Source of the DNA: Bacteroidia bacterium
GTDB lineage: Bacteria > Bacteroidota > Bacteroidia > NS11-12g > UBA955
Direction of reading: 5' to 3'
NCBI GenBank assembly: GCA_041690035.1
Contig: JBDNFC010000016.1
Location: 113,092-177,091, forward strand
DNA: 64,000 bases
Shown: piece by piece, positions 38,328 through 49,100 of the stretch
Layout of the letters: each line of letters starts with the position of its first letter
How positions within the stretch are numbered: position 1 is the stretch's first letter
Notes under the pieces: model-generated
Database searches by the model: none
What the model was told of the DNA's origin: nothing
The model's input: only the letters and a program-made list of their open reading frames with translations
Made by a program: the position numbers and the translations under genes

Positions 38328-40451
38328 ATGTATTTACTTGTTGCATTAAGGAAATTTTTTTCCATAATATTGTTTCTTTACTGCAGCCTAGCTTTTGGAG
38401 CAGAGCCTACAGTGCAGCCTAGCAATATTGTGGTAAGCAATATTAATTGTGGGTCTGCGCTATTGCAGTGGACCAGTGGAAATGGAGATAGAAGAATCGT
38501 TATCATGCGCGAAACGCTTGCCACCAATAGACTTCCCGTAGATGCTGCTAATTATTCTGCCAATAGTTTTTTTGAAAATGGACAAAATTTAGGAAGTGCC
38601 AATTATGTTGTTTTTATTGGCGCAGTTAATTTAGTAAATATTACCAACCTAAAACCCAATACCGTCTATCATTTAGCAGTTTTTGAATATTTTAATAATG
38701 CAGGAGTGCCAAATTATCTTACCAGCAATCCCGCCATTACCAGTTTTACCACCTTGGGGGTCAATCTTAATTTTAGCATTAGTGTATTGGATTCATGTTG
38801 GTATAAAAATCAATTTAACTTTAGCAACAATAGCACAAGTAATTTTCCTACTACTACCTATAAATGGGGTTTTGGAGATTTTACCAACGCAACATCAGTC
38901 TCTCCCTCAAAAACTTATGTAAATGGTGGATCTTACAAAGTTTTTTTAACAGTATTTCCAAATTTTGGTTGCAAAGATACCATTTTTAAAGATGTAATAG
39001 TTATCCCAAAGCCAACCATTAGTATTAGGGTAAATGATAGCTCTCAGTGTTTGGCGGGCAATAGATTTGACGTAACTAATCTTACTGTTTTTCCACCTTT
39101 GAATAGTTTAGGCTTAGTGCGCACATGGGATTTTGACGATAATACCACCGACAATATTTTTCAGCCTCGAAAAATATACATAAATTCTGGGATATATCTT
39201 ATAAAAAATTATATAGAAATGACCTTTAACAATACACCTACGGGATGTAGAGATACGGGCTATATTCCTATAGAGGTTTTTCCAAATCCATCTGGCGATT
39301 TATTAATTTCTGATACGATTAATTGCATTGGCAGAAATACCATTAGTTTTGAGAATATAACCCCCAATACTATCAGCTATGATTGGGATTTTGGTGATGG
39401 AAACAGTGCAAGTGGAAAATTAGTTTCGCATAATTATGCAAATAATGGAGACTTTAAAGTAATACATACCGCTAGTTCTGCTCAAGGATGTGTTTCTAAA
39501 GATACCATCCTTATACGCGCAAGAATAGCTAAAAATGCAAATTTTGCAGGAATATCTTCTCCAATTTGTTTTTCCAAAAATCCCATAGCCTTAATGCCTA
39601 TCAATACCGCTGGAATATTTAGAGGTAATGGCATCTTAGTTAATAATTATGTGCCCAATCTTTTGGGATTTGATACCATCATTCACATTGTTTCAGATCA
39701 ATTTTGCCCAGATACTTTTAGGTTTCCTATTGAAGTATTGGCGGGGCCGAAGCCAAATTTAGGCGCTGATATTAACTTATGTAATCAAGCAAACTACTTA
39801 TTATCAGAAACCATTTTAGGCACTTATACTTGGAACGGTGGCAGCAATTCAAAAAGCCTTTTAGTTACAAGCTCGGGTAATTATTGGTTAGCTGTTGATG
39901 ACGGACAATGCAAAGGCAGTGATAGTATTAATATTTACTTTGGAGTGCCACCAGTATTACCAACCATACAAGATACTTTTTTATGTAAAAATTCTGCTAT
40001 TAAATTCAATTTTATTAATTTTGATACCCGTTATTTATGGAATGATGGCACAAGAGATTCATTTAAAACCATTACCAATGCTGGTATTTATACTGTTAGT
40101 GCAAGTAATCCTTGTGGCAATGCTTCTGCTACATTTAGAATTACAAAACTAGACGAAGATTGCAATGTAATTATGCCTAATTGTTTTACCCCAAATGGTG
40201 ATAGTAGAAATGATGTGTATAAACCATTTTTGTTATCAGATGATATTGTGATAGATCAATTTACAATTTTTAATGGTAGTGGTGAGATTGTTTTTAAAGG
40301 AAAAGGGAAAAATATAACTTGGGATGGCACGTATCAAGGCAAGCCAGTGCCAGCAAACCAAAATTATTTTTACCTTTTATACTACACATTACCTATAAAA
40401 GATAACAATCAAAAAGCAGAGCTAAAAGGCAGTATTTTTGTGTTGAAATAA
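38328..40451 (+). CDS. Secreted Fn3/PKD-domain protein with gliding-motility-associated (T9SS type B) C-terminal domain
   Basis: Signal peptide; Fn3-like NLKPNT.YH; PKD motifs WGFGD, WDFDD and WDFGDG; C-terminal MPNCFTPNGD..ND...WDG..QG.PVP...Y motif. Confidence 0.88.
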   Translation: MYLLVALRKFFSIILFLYCSLAFGAEPTVQPSNIVVSNINCGSALLQWTSGNGDRRIVIMRETLATNRLPVDAANYSANSFFENGQNLGSANYVVFIGAVNLVNITNLKPNTVYHLAVFEYFNNAGVPNYLTSNPAITSFTTLGVNLNFSISVLDSCWYKNQFNFSNNSTSNFPTTTYKWGFGDFTNATSVSPSKTYVNGGSYKVFLTVFPNFGCKDTIFKDVIVIPKPTISIRVNDSSQCLAGNRFDVTNLTVFPPLNSLGLVRTWDFDDNTTDNIFQPRKIYINSGIYLIKNYIEMTFNNTPTGCRDTGYIPIEVFPNPSGDLLISDTINCIGRNTISFENITPNTISYDWDFGDGNSASGKLVSHNYANNGDFKVIHTASSAQGCVSKDTILIRARIAKNANFAGISSPICFSKNPIALMPINTAGIFRGNGILVNNYVPNLLGFDTIIHIVSDQFCPDTFRFPIEVLAGPKPNLGADINLCNQANYLLSETILGTYTWNGGSNSKSLLVTSSGNYWLAVDDGQCKGSDSINIYFGVPPVLPTIQDTFLCKNSAIKFNFINFDTRYLWNDGTRDSFKTITNAGIYTVSASNPCGNASATFRITKLDEDCNVIMPNCFTPNGDSRNDVYKPFLLSDDIVIDQFTIFNGSGEIVFKGKGKNITWDGTYQGKPVPANQNYFYLLYYTLPIKDNNQKAELKGSIFVLK

Positions 40452-40461
40452 AAACTCTTTT

Positions 40462-41514
40462 GTGAGTAGAAAAAATCGAAGAAGAAGGCGCTCTTTATTG
40501 GGTTTGAATAATGAAGCAGGCCCTGCGAGTGAATTTTTACAGTCTTGTGTTTTTTTTAAATATCAAGCTTTAAAGCATGAACAAATCATCCTAAAACAAG
40601 TTCAAGATATTAAGTTAGGCATAGATGATGGCAATGTATATTGGCTCAATAGCATTGGTAAGCAATTTTTCCAGTTTCACAAAGAGCTTATTTTAAATAA
40701 TAAACTAGACGACTTTTTAAATATTTTATTGGATATTACTTCCCAAAGAAATAAGTCGGTAGAATTAGATAATTGCATCTATTTAACCACACAGTCTATT
40801 TACAGTGTGATAAAATGTAAAATAACTTTAGAAACCATTTCTTTTGTGTTTTCTAGCAATTATATTTGGAGCATTCAAGATGATGCAATAGACCCTTTTG
40901 ATAATATTAGAATAAGAATTGCAGAAAATCAAGGAATTATAAGACAAAAAGGGGTTGATTATTTGCTTTTTAGTATGTTTGAGGCCATTATTGATAATTA
41001 TTTTATAGCATTTAAAGAGTTGTCTCAAGAACTTGCAACTTTTATAGAAGGAGAGCTTATTGGTCGACAAAATCAGCAGCTTATTAACCTAGAAGAGTTG
41101 CGTAAAACATTTTATGAATTAAAAAAAGCAGCTATTGGATTAAGGGAGAGTATTTCACAATTTAGCGCCTTTGATAATCCGATGCTTGAAAAATTTAACG
41201 CCAAATATTTTTATGAACTCAAAGAGCAAATTATTTCTTTAACTGATGAAATAGATTCAGAATTGCATCGCATAGAAAGTGCTACAAATTTATATTTTAG
41301 CATGCAAAATAGAAGGTTGAATGAAGTAATGAAAACACTCACAGTAATAACGGTGTTGTTTATCCCCCTTAACTTTATCACCGGTTTATTTGGGATGAAT
41401 TTTGAATTTATTCCTGGATTAAAATCGCCTAATGGTTTTTACTTTTCTCTGGCCCTAATGATTTTTTTAATCATTAGTATTTTATATTACTTTAAGCGCA
41501 AAAAATGGTTTTAA
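40462..41514 (+). CDS. corA: CorA family Mg2+/Co2+ transporter
   Basis: LNEVMKTLTVIT...PLNFITGLFGMNF (GMN motif); GTG start. Confidence 0.9.
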   Translation: MSRKNRRRRRSLLGLNNEAGPASEFLQSCVFFKYQALKHEQIILKQVQDIKLGIDDGNVYWLNSIGKQFFQFHKELILNNKLDDFLNILLDITSQRNKSVELDNCIYLTTQSIYSVIKCKITLETISFVFSSNYIWSIQDDAIDPFDNIRIRIAENQGIIRQKGVDYLLFSMFEAIIDNYFIAFKELSQELATFIEGELIGRQNQQLINLEELRKTFYELKKAAIGLRESISQFSAFDNPMLEKFNAKYFYELKEQIISLTDEIDSELHRIESATNLYFSMQNRRLNEVMKTLTVITVLFIPLNFITGLFGMNFEFIPGLKSPNGFYFSLALMIFLIISILYYFKRKKWF

Positions 41515-41521
41515 TAGAAAA

Positions 41522-42688
41522 TTATTTTGCCAAATTATTTAAACGCAAAGTTTCTTTATTCTTCGAGGCTGCTAATACTTTTATATAGTAATTTTCATAC
41601 ATTGGCATTATTTTTTCTAATGAATATTGCTTTGCGTGCTCCAAGCATTGTTTTTTAAACGATGCTAATTTTTCTGGATTTTCTAGCAAAGATATGGCCA
41701 TCTCCGCCATTTTTTCAACATCTCCAACATTGCAAGTATAGCCTGTAAATCCATCAATATTCACTTCGGGCAATCCTCCGGCATTAGATGATATTACAGG
41801 TACTTCGCATGCCATTGCCTCTAGTGCAGCTAATCCAAAACTTTCTGTTTGTGATGGCAATAAAAATAAATCTCCTATGCTTAAAACCTCCTCAATAGCT
41901 TCTTGCTTTCCTAAAAATATAACCTTATCACAAACACTGTGTTCTCTGCACATTTTTTCAATACTTGCGCGCTCTGGCCCATCGCCAACCAACAATAATT
42001 TTGAAGCTATTTTTTTATTTACTAATGCAAATATTTTCACCACGTCTTCTACTCTTTTTACTTTTCTAAAATTAGAAGTATGAATAATTATTTTTTCACC
42101 CAATTGGGCAATCGCGGTTTTAAAGTGGTTTTTTTGTTGCTTGTGAAATCTTTTAAAATCTATAAAATTTGGAATGACCTCAATTTCCTTTCTAATATCA
42201 AAATTCTTAAAAGTATCTTCTTTTAAACTGTTTGATACGGCAGTAATACCATCAGAATGATTTATACTGTAAGCAACTACAGGCTCATAGGTGGGGTCTT
42301 TGCCCACAAGGGTAATATCTGTTCCATGCAATGTGGTTACCACTGGACAGTATTTTCCTTTTTCTATAAGTATAGATTTGGCCATAATTGCTGCGCTGGC
42401 ATGAGGTATTGCGTAATGCACATGCAGTAGGTCTAAATCATGAGCAAGCACAATATCTACAAATTTACTTGCAAGAATTGTTTCATAAGGTAGGTAGTCA
42501 AAAAGAGGGTATGAGTTAATGTTTACCTCATGGTAAAATATGTTTTCATTAAATGCATCTAATCTTGCAGGTTGATTATAAGATATAAAATGAACTTGGT
42601 GCTGATTATTTGCCAATGCTTTGCCCAGTTCTGTAGCTACTACGCCAGAGCCTCCATAAGTAGGGTAGCATGCGATACCTATTTTCAT
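41522..42688 (-). CDS. bshA: N-acetyl-alpha-D-glucosaminyl L-malate synthase
   Basis: MKIGIACYPTYGGSGVVATELG, HVHYAIPHA, TTLHGTDIT and ESFGLAALEAM motifs. Confidence 0.95.
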   Translation of the reverse strand: MKIGIACYPTYGGSGVVATELGKALANNQHQVHFISYNQPARLDAFNENIFYHEVNINSYPLFDYLPYETILASKFVDIVLAHDLDLLHVHYAIPHASAAIMAKSILIEKGKYCPVVTTLHGTDITLVGKDPTYEPVVAYSINHSDGITAVSNSLKEDTFKNFDIRKEIEVIPNFIDFKRFHKQQKNHFKTAIAQLGEKIIIHTSNFRKVKRVEDVVKIFALVNKKIASKLLLVGDGPERASIEKMCREHSVCDKVIFLGKQEAIEEVLSIGDLFLLPSQTESFGLAALEAMACEVPVISSNAGGLPEVNIDGFTGYTCNVGDVEKMAEMAISLLENPEKLASFKKQCLEHAKQYSLEKIMPMYENYYIKVLAASKNKETLRLNNLAK

Positions 42689-42748
42689 TTTTTTATTAAA
42701 AGGTGAGTAGTTTAAACAATTGTTAATTAAAATAGATTTTAGTAATCG

Positions 42749-43672
42749 TTATTTTCTATCGGCCAATAAGTATAAAACAGCCATTCTTGTAGCCACTCCA
42801 TTTTCTACCTGCTCTAGTATCACAGCTTGGTCAGAGTCGGCAATGTCGCTGCTTATTTCTACCCCTCTGTTTATAGGGCCTGGATGCATAATTACAATTT
42901 CTTTTTTTATTCTGGTTAACCTTTCAAGTGTCAATCCATATTGCAATTGATAATCTTTTAAACTAGGAAAATAAGTAATTTCTTGCCTTTCTAGCTGAAT
43001 ACGTAGCATATTGGCTACATCGCACCATTTCAATGTTTCATCTAAATTATGCGAAACTTCTACCCCAAGGGCACTGTAATGACGTGGGATTAATGTTTTT
43101 GGCCCACAAACCATAACTTCTGCACCTAATTTTTTAAGGCAAAAAATATTTGACAATGCTACCCTGCTGTGCATTATATCACCAATAATTGCAACTTTTT
43201 TACCCTTTACCGTACCAAGTTTTTCTCTTATAGTGTAGGCATCTAGCAATGCTTGTGTTGGGTGCTCATGGGTGCCATCTCCAGCATTGATAATTTGTGC
43301 ATCTACATTTTGGGATAAAAATTTGGCTGCACCTGGAGCGGGGTGGCGCATCACTACCATATCCACCTTCATTGCCAAAATATTATTTACAGTGTCTATT
43401 AAGGTTTCGCCTTTACTCACTGAGCTGCTTGATGAAGAAAAATTTAATACATCTGCGCTCAATCTTTTCTCTGCCAATTCAAAAGATATTCTTGTACGGG
43501 TTGAGTTTTCAAAAAAAGCATTTACAATGGTTATATCTCTAAGTGAGGGCACTTTTTTGATATTTCTATTTAATACTTCTTTAAAATTATCTGCTGTTGT
43601 AAATATGCTCTCTATATCTTTTACAGTTAGCTCTTTGATACCAAGGAGGTGTTTTGTGCTAATTAAACTCAT
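42749..43672 (-). CDS. pyrB: Aspartate carbamoyltransferase catalytic subunit
   Basis: ENSTRT, NAGDG.HEHPTQALLD, HSRV and MHPGPINRG motifs. Confidence 0.97.
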   Translation of the reverse strand: MSLISTKHLLGIKELTVKDIESIFTTADNFKEVLNRNIKKVPSLRDITIVNAFFENSTRTRISFELAEKRLSADVLNFSSSSSSVSKGETLIDTVNNILAMKVDMVVMRHPAPGAAKFLSQNVDAQIINAGDGTHEHPTQALLDAYTIREKLGTVKGKKVAIIGDIMHSRVALSNIFCLKKLGAEVMVCGPKTLIPRHYSALGVEVSHNLDETLKWCDVANMLRIQLERQEITYFPSLKDYQLQYGLTLERLTRIKKEIVIMHPGPINRGVEISSDIADSDQAVILEQVENGVATRMAVLYLLADRK

Positions 43673-44217
43673 TTTTTATCTTCTATTAACCAAACTTGAG
43701 GATTATTTTCATTCCAATCTACTTTTACTTTTTGTCCGCTCCCCCTAGTATCTATACTGTGCCCTACAAAATTTGCTTCAATGGGCAATTCTCTATTAAA
43801 GCGCCTATCTATGAGGGTCATAAGTGCTACATTGGCAGGCCTACCAAAGTCTGCAAGCGCATCCAATGCCGCTCTTATGCTTCTGCCTGTGTAGAGCACG
43901 TCATCTATCAGCAGTATGTTTTTATTTTCAATATCAAAGTTTATGTCTAATTTGTTTGGCACTAGCATTTGCTCTCCGCGTCTAAAATCGTCTCTGTAAA
44001 AAGTAATATCTAGCTCTCCATAGGTAAGGTTTTCTGTTTTTAGCTGCTTTTTTAGTAAAATCAACATTTTTCTACTGAGTAAAACACCCCGAGGTTGCAA
44101 GCCAATGATTGCAAGATTTGAGAGGTCTTTATAGTTTTCTATAATTTCAAACATTAACCTATTGAGCGTTAATTCTAATTTTGTTTTATCTAAAATAATT
44201 TTTACTTCTGCTGTCAT
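43669..44217 (-). CDS. pyrR: Bifunctional pyrimidine regulator / uracil phosphoribosyltransferase PyrR
   Basis: LDITFYRDD, LIDDVLYTGRSIRAALD and DRR..RELPI motifs. Confidence 0.95.
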   Translation of the reverse strand: MTAEVKIILDKTKLELTLNRLMFEIIENYKDLSNLAIIGLQPRGVLLSRKMLILLKKQLKTENLTYGELDITFYRDDFRRGEQMLVPNKLDINFDIENKNILLIDDVLYTGRSIRAALDALADFGRPANVALMTLIDRRFNRELPIEANFVGHSIDTRGSGQKVKVDWNENNPQVWLIEDKK

Positions 44218-44220
44218 TGC

Positions 44221-44628
44221 TTATTTCTTGCTCATTTTAAAAATTATTTCAAACTCTTCGGGTTTTAATGCCACCACACTTAGCCTGCTTTGTTTTATAA
44301 TACCTATCATGGCTAATTCTGGATTTGCTTTTATTGCTGCTAGAGTAACTGGTTTATCTAATGTTTTTATTGGAGCAATATCTACCGAAACCCAATTTGG
44401 ATCTAATGTGCTAGGGTCTTGATATGAGGCTTTGATGACTTCTGCAATACCCATAATTGCTTTATCTTCATTGCTATGGTAAAAAAAACATTGATCGCCT
44501 ATTTCCATAGCCCGCAGATTGTTTCTGGCTTGATAATTTCTTACTCCATCCCAAAAGGTAGATTTATCTTTCAATAATTGAACCCAAGGGTATTTGTAGG
44601 GCTCAGATTTCATTAACCAAAAATTCAT
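44221..44628 (-). CDS. EVE domain protein
   Basis: WLMKSEP, WDGVRNYQARN, FFYHS and SRLSV motifs. Confidence 0.95.
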   Translation of the reverse strand: MNFWLMKSEPYKYPWVQLLKDKSTFWDGVRNYQARNNLRAMEIGDQCFFYHSNEDKAIMGIAEVIKASYQDPSTLDPNWVSVDIAPIKTLDKPVTLAAIKANPELAMIGIIKQSRLSVVALKPEEFEIIFKMSKK

Positions 44629-44636
44629 TTCATCGG

Positions 44637-44644
44637 CAAAATTA
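44637..44644 (-). promoter_or_regulatory. -7 box (TAATTTTG) for EVE-pyrR-pyrB
   Basis: Consensus match 8 nt upstream of the EVE ATG. Confidence 0.6.
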
Positions 44645-44784
44645 ACCTAAAAATTAGATTTTTTTACTTTTTCCGTTCCTTAATCAAAACACCCCGTTTA
44701 CAAAGCTAATTATATTACTTATGATTTTTAATTTGATGGTTTGTGCAAAATAATATTACCTTAGTGCAAAATTTTAGCCCGTTT

Positions 44785-45381
44785 ATGGAAAACGCTTTAC
44801 TTGCAAAAAATACTTTGATGACCCTAAAAGCATACATGGCATCGCATGCCACTTTTAATGCGCTAACCACTATTCAAAACTTGATAGCCGATGACAGTAA
44901 AAGAGCGGCTTTAAAATCTTTGTCAGTTTTTGCCAATTTTATTAGAAAAGCCGTTGATCAAATAGAAGATGTGGAGCGCAAAAGCGAACTCGAAATGGCG
45001 ATGCTTCAATATTATTGCACTATGGAACAGTGGCGTTTCGAGGAAAAACTAATTATTGAATTAGTTGCGGATAATAATCAGTTACCCTCAATGATACCTA
45101 GTTTTATTATTGTTCCATTTGCAGAGTTTTGTATCAGAACTGTATTGGCAGTAAATCAAAAAGCAAAGTTAAATTTCAGATCTTTTAATAATTCAACTCA
45201 TTTCGGTATTATTGCTTTAAGTTCTGTTTATTTTGATGATAAAAATCTAGCAATAAAAAACAATGAGCAGGAAAACAGATATCAATTAATGCAAGAAAGG
45301 ATATTACTTTATAAAAATATATATAACATCGAAATTCAATTTCATTCAAGGCAAATTCAACTAAATTTTCAAAAAATATAA
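44785..45381 (+). CDS. Stand-alone degenerate LytS-type histidine kinase domain (probable pseudokinase)
   Basis: H-box-like LKAYMASHATFNAL aligns with LRTQMNPHFIFNTL of the neighbouring kinase. The N-box (EN..HG to EF..TV) and the DNG box are lost. No TM or sensor domain. Alternative GTG start at 44743. Confidence 0.75.
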   Translation: MENALLAKNTLMTLKAYMASHATFNALTTIQNLIADDSKRAALKSLSVFANFIRKAVDQIEDVERKSELEMAMLQYYCTMEQWRFEEKLIIELVADNNQLPSMIPSFIIVPFAEFCIRTVLAVNQKAKLNFRSFNNSTHFGIIALSSVYFDDKNLAIKNNEQENRYQLMQERILLYKNIYNIEIQFHSRQIQLNFQKI

Positions 45382-45385
45382 AAAT

Positions 45386-46129
45386 ATGTTACAAGCAATA
45401 ATTATTGATGACGAAAACAATAGTCGGCAAGCGCTAAATAATTTAATTACAAAGTTTGCAAATGGGGTAGAAATCGTGGCAGAGGCTAGTAATTTTGAAG
45501 ACGGCTTATTGGCAATCGAAAAATATAAACCGGGTCTAGTATTTTTAGACTTAGAAATGCCTGACGCCAATGGTTTAGAACTGTTTACACGGCTTAAAAA
45601 AATAGATTTTGAGGTCATTATTACCACAGGGCATCAAGATTATGCAGTAAAGGCATTTAAAACAGCAGCGTTAGATTATCTGTTAAAACCTATAGATATA
45701 GACGAGCTAGAGGCAGCAATAGACAATGTTTTTGAAAAAAGAAAAGAAGTCCGAAAACACAATAATTTTGATGTCTTTATTCAAAATTGGAAAAATAATA
45801 CAGATCAACAAATAGCCCTTTCATCCTCAGACGGGCTCACTTTCTTAAAAGTGAGAGATATAGTTTATTGCAAGGGGGATGGAGCTTACACTTATTTTTT
45901 TACTGAGGATGGAAATAAGCTTGTAGTATCTAAAAATCTTAAAGAATTTGAAGAATTACTTAAGGACAAGGGTTTTTTTAGGGTTCATAAAAGTAGCTTG
46001 ATTAACTTAAATCATTTAAAAAAATATGTCAGGGGAGAAGGTGGACATGTATTGCTTACCAACGGGCATAATGTGATAGTGAGTAAAAGGCGCAAAGAAG
46101 GATTTTTATTGCAATTAGCTAAAGTTTAA
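45386..46129 (+). CDS. LytTR family DNA-binding response regulator (canonical)
   Basis: IIIDDE, FLDLEMP and YLLKP receiver motifs; FFRVHKSSLINL and VSKRRK LytTR motifs. Confidence 0.95.
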   Translation: MLQAIIIDDENNSRQALNNLITKFANGVEIVAEASNFEDGLLAIEKYKPGLVFLDLEMPDANGLELFTRLKKIDFEVIITTGHQDYAVKAFKTAALDYLLKPIDIDELEAAIDNVFEKRKEVRKHNNFDVFIQNWKNNTDQQIALSSSDGLTFLKVRDIVYCKGDGAYTYFFTEDGNKLVVSKNLKEFEELLKDKGFFRVHKSSLINLNHLKKYVRGEGGHVLLTNGHNVIVSKRRKEGFLLQLAKV

Positions 46130-46156
46130 TATATTTATGGATTAAATAAAAGGCCA

Positions 46157-46164
46157 TATTTTTG
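46157..46164 (+). promoter_or_regulatory. Internal -7 box (TATTTTTG) for the sensor kinase
   Basis: Consensus match 6 nt upstream of ATG 46171. Confidence 0.55.
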
Positions 46165-46170
46165 TAAGTA

Positions 46171-49100
46171 ATGTTTAATATCAAATTTTTAATACCTGTT
46201 TTAAGAAAAATTATAGCCAGTATAGCTTTGCTTATATGGGTAAAAATGGCATTTGCACAACCCATAGAGCGCAGGTTTATAAACTATACATTAGAAGATG
46301 GTTTATCCCAATCTACAATTATGGATATTAAGCAATCGGCAAATGGCAATATTTTTATGGCCACTGCTGATGGAGTTAATGTGTTTGATGGCAAAAGTTT
46401 CGAAATTTATAAAAACAATCCTGCCGATACCCAAACCCTTGGAAATAATTTAATTTATTGTGTTACTCCCATTTCTACACATATAGTTTGGGCATTAGAT
46501 CAAGATCAAATATTAAATCAAATAGATACTAGAACCAAGAAAGTTGTTAGATTAAATTACATTACCAAGTTAGGCATAGATAACATTGTAATAAAACAAG
46601 TGCTTTTAGCCGCCAATGGTGAAGTTTGGTTTGCTACTTATGAGCATGGTATAATTGTAATCAACACGTTTGGCAAAAAATTAGCAAGTTTTAATATTGA
46701 AAATAAGACACTAAAAAGCAATTCTATATTGCATTTATATTCAAAAGATGATCAAATATGGGCTAGCACTAGCGCTGGCTTGGCAAAAATAAATATAGAA
46801 TCGAAAACCGTTGTAAATTATTTTATAAATAGAGCTATAAATTGCGCTCATATCAATAAAAATAAGTTGTATGTGAGTTTTAATGATAAAAAATTAGGGG
46901 TGATTATTGCAAATAAAGAAAACCCCAACATGCTTTATGACTCCATTTTGCAGAATGAGTCTGTGGTGGCGATAGAAAGTCAAAAATCAGGTATTATTTG
47001 GTTTGGGTCATCTATCAATGGAGTTTACGAGTTTGATAATCATCAATTAGTACATCATTTTAATAAGCCACAGGACAAATGGTCATTAATAGACAATAAT
47101 ATTTGGACTATTTTTAAAGATGTAAATGACGATATTTATATTGGCACTAATAATGGACTTACGATTTTTAAAAACGCATATAATATATTTAAACTTTACC
47201 GACACAATCCACTTTTTGCCAATAGCCTGTCATCCAATAGAATATATAACATTGTAGAGGATTCTAAAAATGCTATTTGGTTTATTACATATGATGGAGA
47301 GGTAAATAGGTTGCAAAACGGTAAATTTACAATTTATGATAAAAATAATTGTACAGGCCTGAACACAACTCATTTAAGAACACTGTTTGAAACTAATGAT
47401 GGACAATATTTTGTTGGCTCATATGACGATGGCTTTTATAAATTTGACCCAAAGCGCAAAAAATTTACCAATATTAGACAAAAGGGGCAGAATATTTCGG
47501 AGGTTCGCATTATAAAACAGATAAACGAATCTACACTACTGATAGGACATGCTGAGGGATTGATATATTATAATTATTTGCAAAACACTTTTAAAAATAT
47601 AGATTTAGGTTTTTCATTCAAAGTTTATGACCTTTTTTTAGATGGTGATTATTGCTATATCGCCACCTTTGGTGCAGGATTAATAAAGTGGAGTATGAAA
47701 GACAACAGTACTAAAACCTTTAGACATATAAACGAAAAAAATAGCCTTAGCAACAATAATGTAATGTCTATTGTGGCAGTAAGTAAAGATACGCTAGCTT
47801 TGGGAACTTATGGGGGAGGGGTTTCGCTTTTTCATAAAATAAATCATTCGTTTTTAAATTTTTCAGAATCTAATGGCTTAAGCAATAACTCAGTTTATGG
47901 CATATTACTAGATAATAAAAACAACCTTTGGCTGAGCACCAATAAGGGTATAGTAAAATGGTTTGCAGATAGAAAAACAATAAAAAACTTTAATCTTTCA
48001 TCACAATTGCAGAGTTTAGAGTTTAATGAAGGCGCATTTTTGGCAGCTAAAAATGGAATGTTTTACTTTGGCGGGGTAAATGGAGTTAATTTTTTTAACC
48101 CCAGTCAATTGATGTTCAATAATAGAACGCCCAATGCTATCATACTCAACATTATCATAAATGGAAAAAATATAGATTGGCAAGACATTGCTCAAAAAAA
48201 AGCTGTTAATTTAAGGGCAAATCAAAACACAATAAAAATAATTTTTAAAGCATTGCATTATGGATTGGCAGAAAAAACACTTTTCTATTATAAGCTCGAA
48301 GGCATAGAAACAAGTTGGACGCTTCTCAATAATAAAGACAATAGCATTACTTTTAATAATCTTCCTTCGGGCAATTATCAGTTTTTGCTAAAAGCTTGTA
48401 ATGAAGATGATTTGTGCGATGAGGTGCCAAAAAAATTTAGTTTTGTGATTAATGCCCCCTTGTATAAAACGCCAATTTTTATTTTTATAAGCGGCATGCT
48501 GCTGCTGCTATTATTCTACGCAATATATGCTACAAGAACAAGAAACCTGCGCAGAAGCTATGCCGCCAAAATGACAGATGCAGAACTTAGGGCATTGCGA
48601 ACCCAAATGAATCCCCATTTTATTTTTAATACATTAAATAGTATCCAGTATTATGTGCTAAATGCTGATGCCAAAACTGCCTATAAATACCTAACAAAAT
48701 TTTCTTCGCTAATGCGCAGAATTTTACAACATAGCAAAGAAAATTTTTTGCCTCTAGAGGAAGAACTTACTTCACTGAAACTTTACTGTGAGTTAGAAAA
48801 TATAAGGTTGGAAAATGGTTTGGAGGTAAAATTTGATATTGACGCAAAAATTGACCAAAAAAGAACACTAATTCCAACACTCTTTTTGCAACCTTTTGTA
48901 GAAAATGCAATCATTCATGGATTATTGCCTAAGCAAGGGGATAAAAAAATATCAATTATCGTTAAAAAAAGTGAAAAAGGAGTGATTTGCATTATTCAAG
49001 ATAATGGCATTGGCAGAGAAAAATCTAGGATACTGAATAAACAAAGGTCTAGGAGCCATCAGTCTACCGCAATTAATGCCATTGAGCATAGAATTGACAT

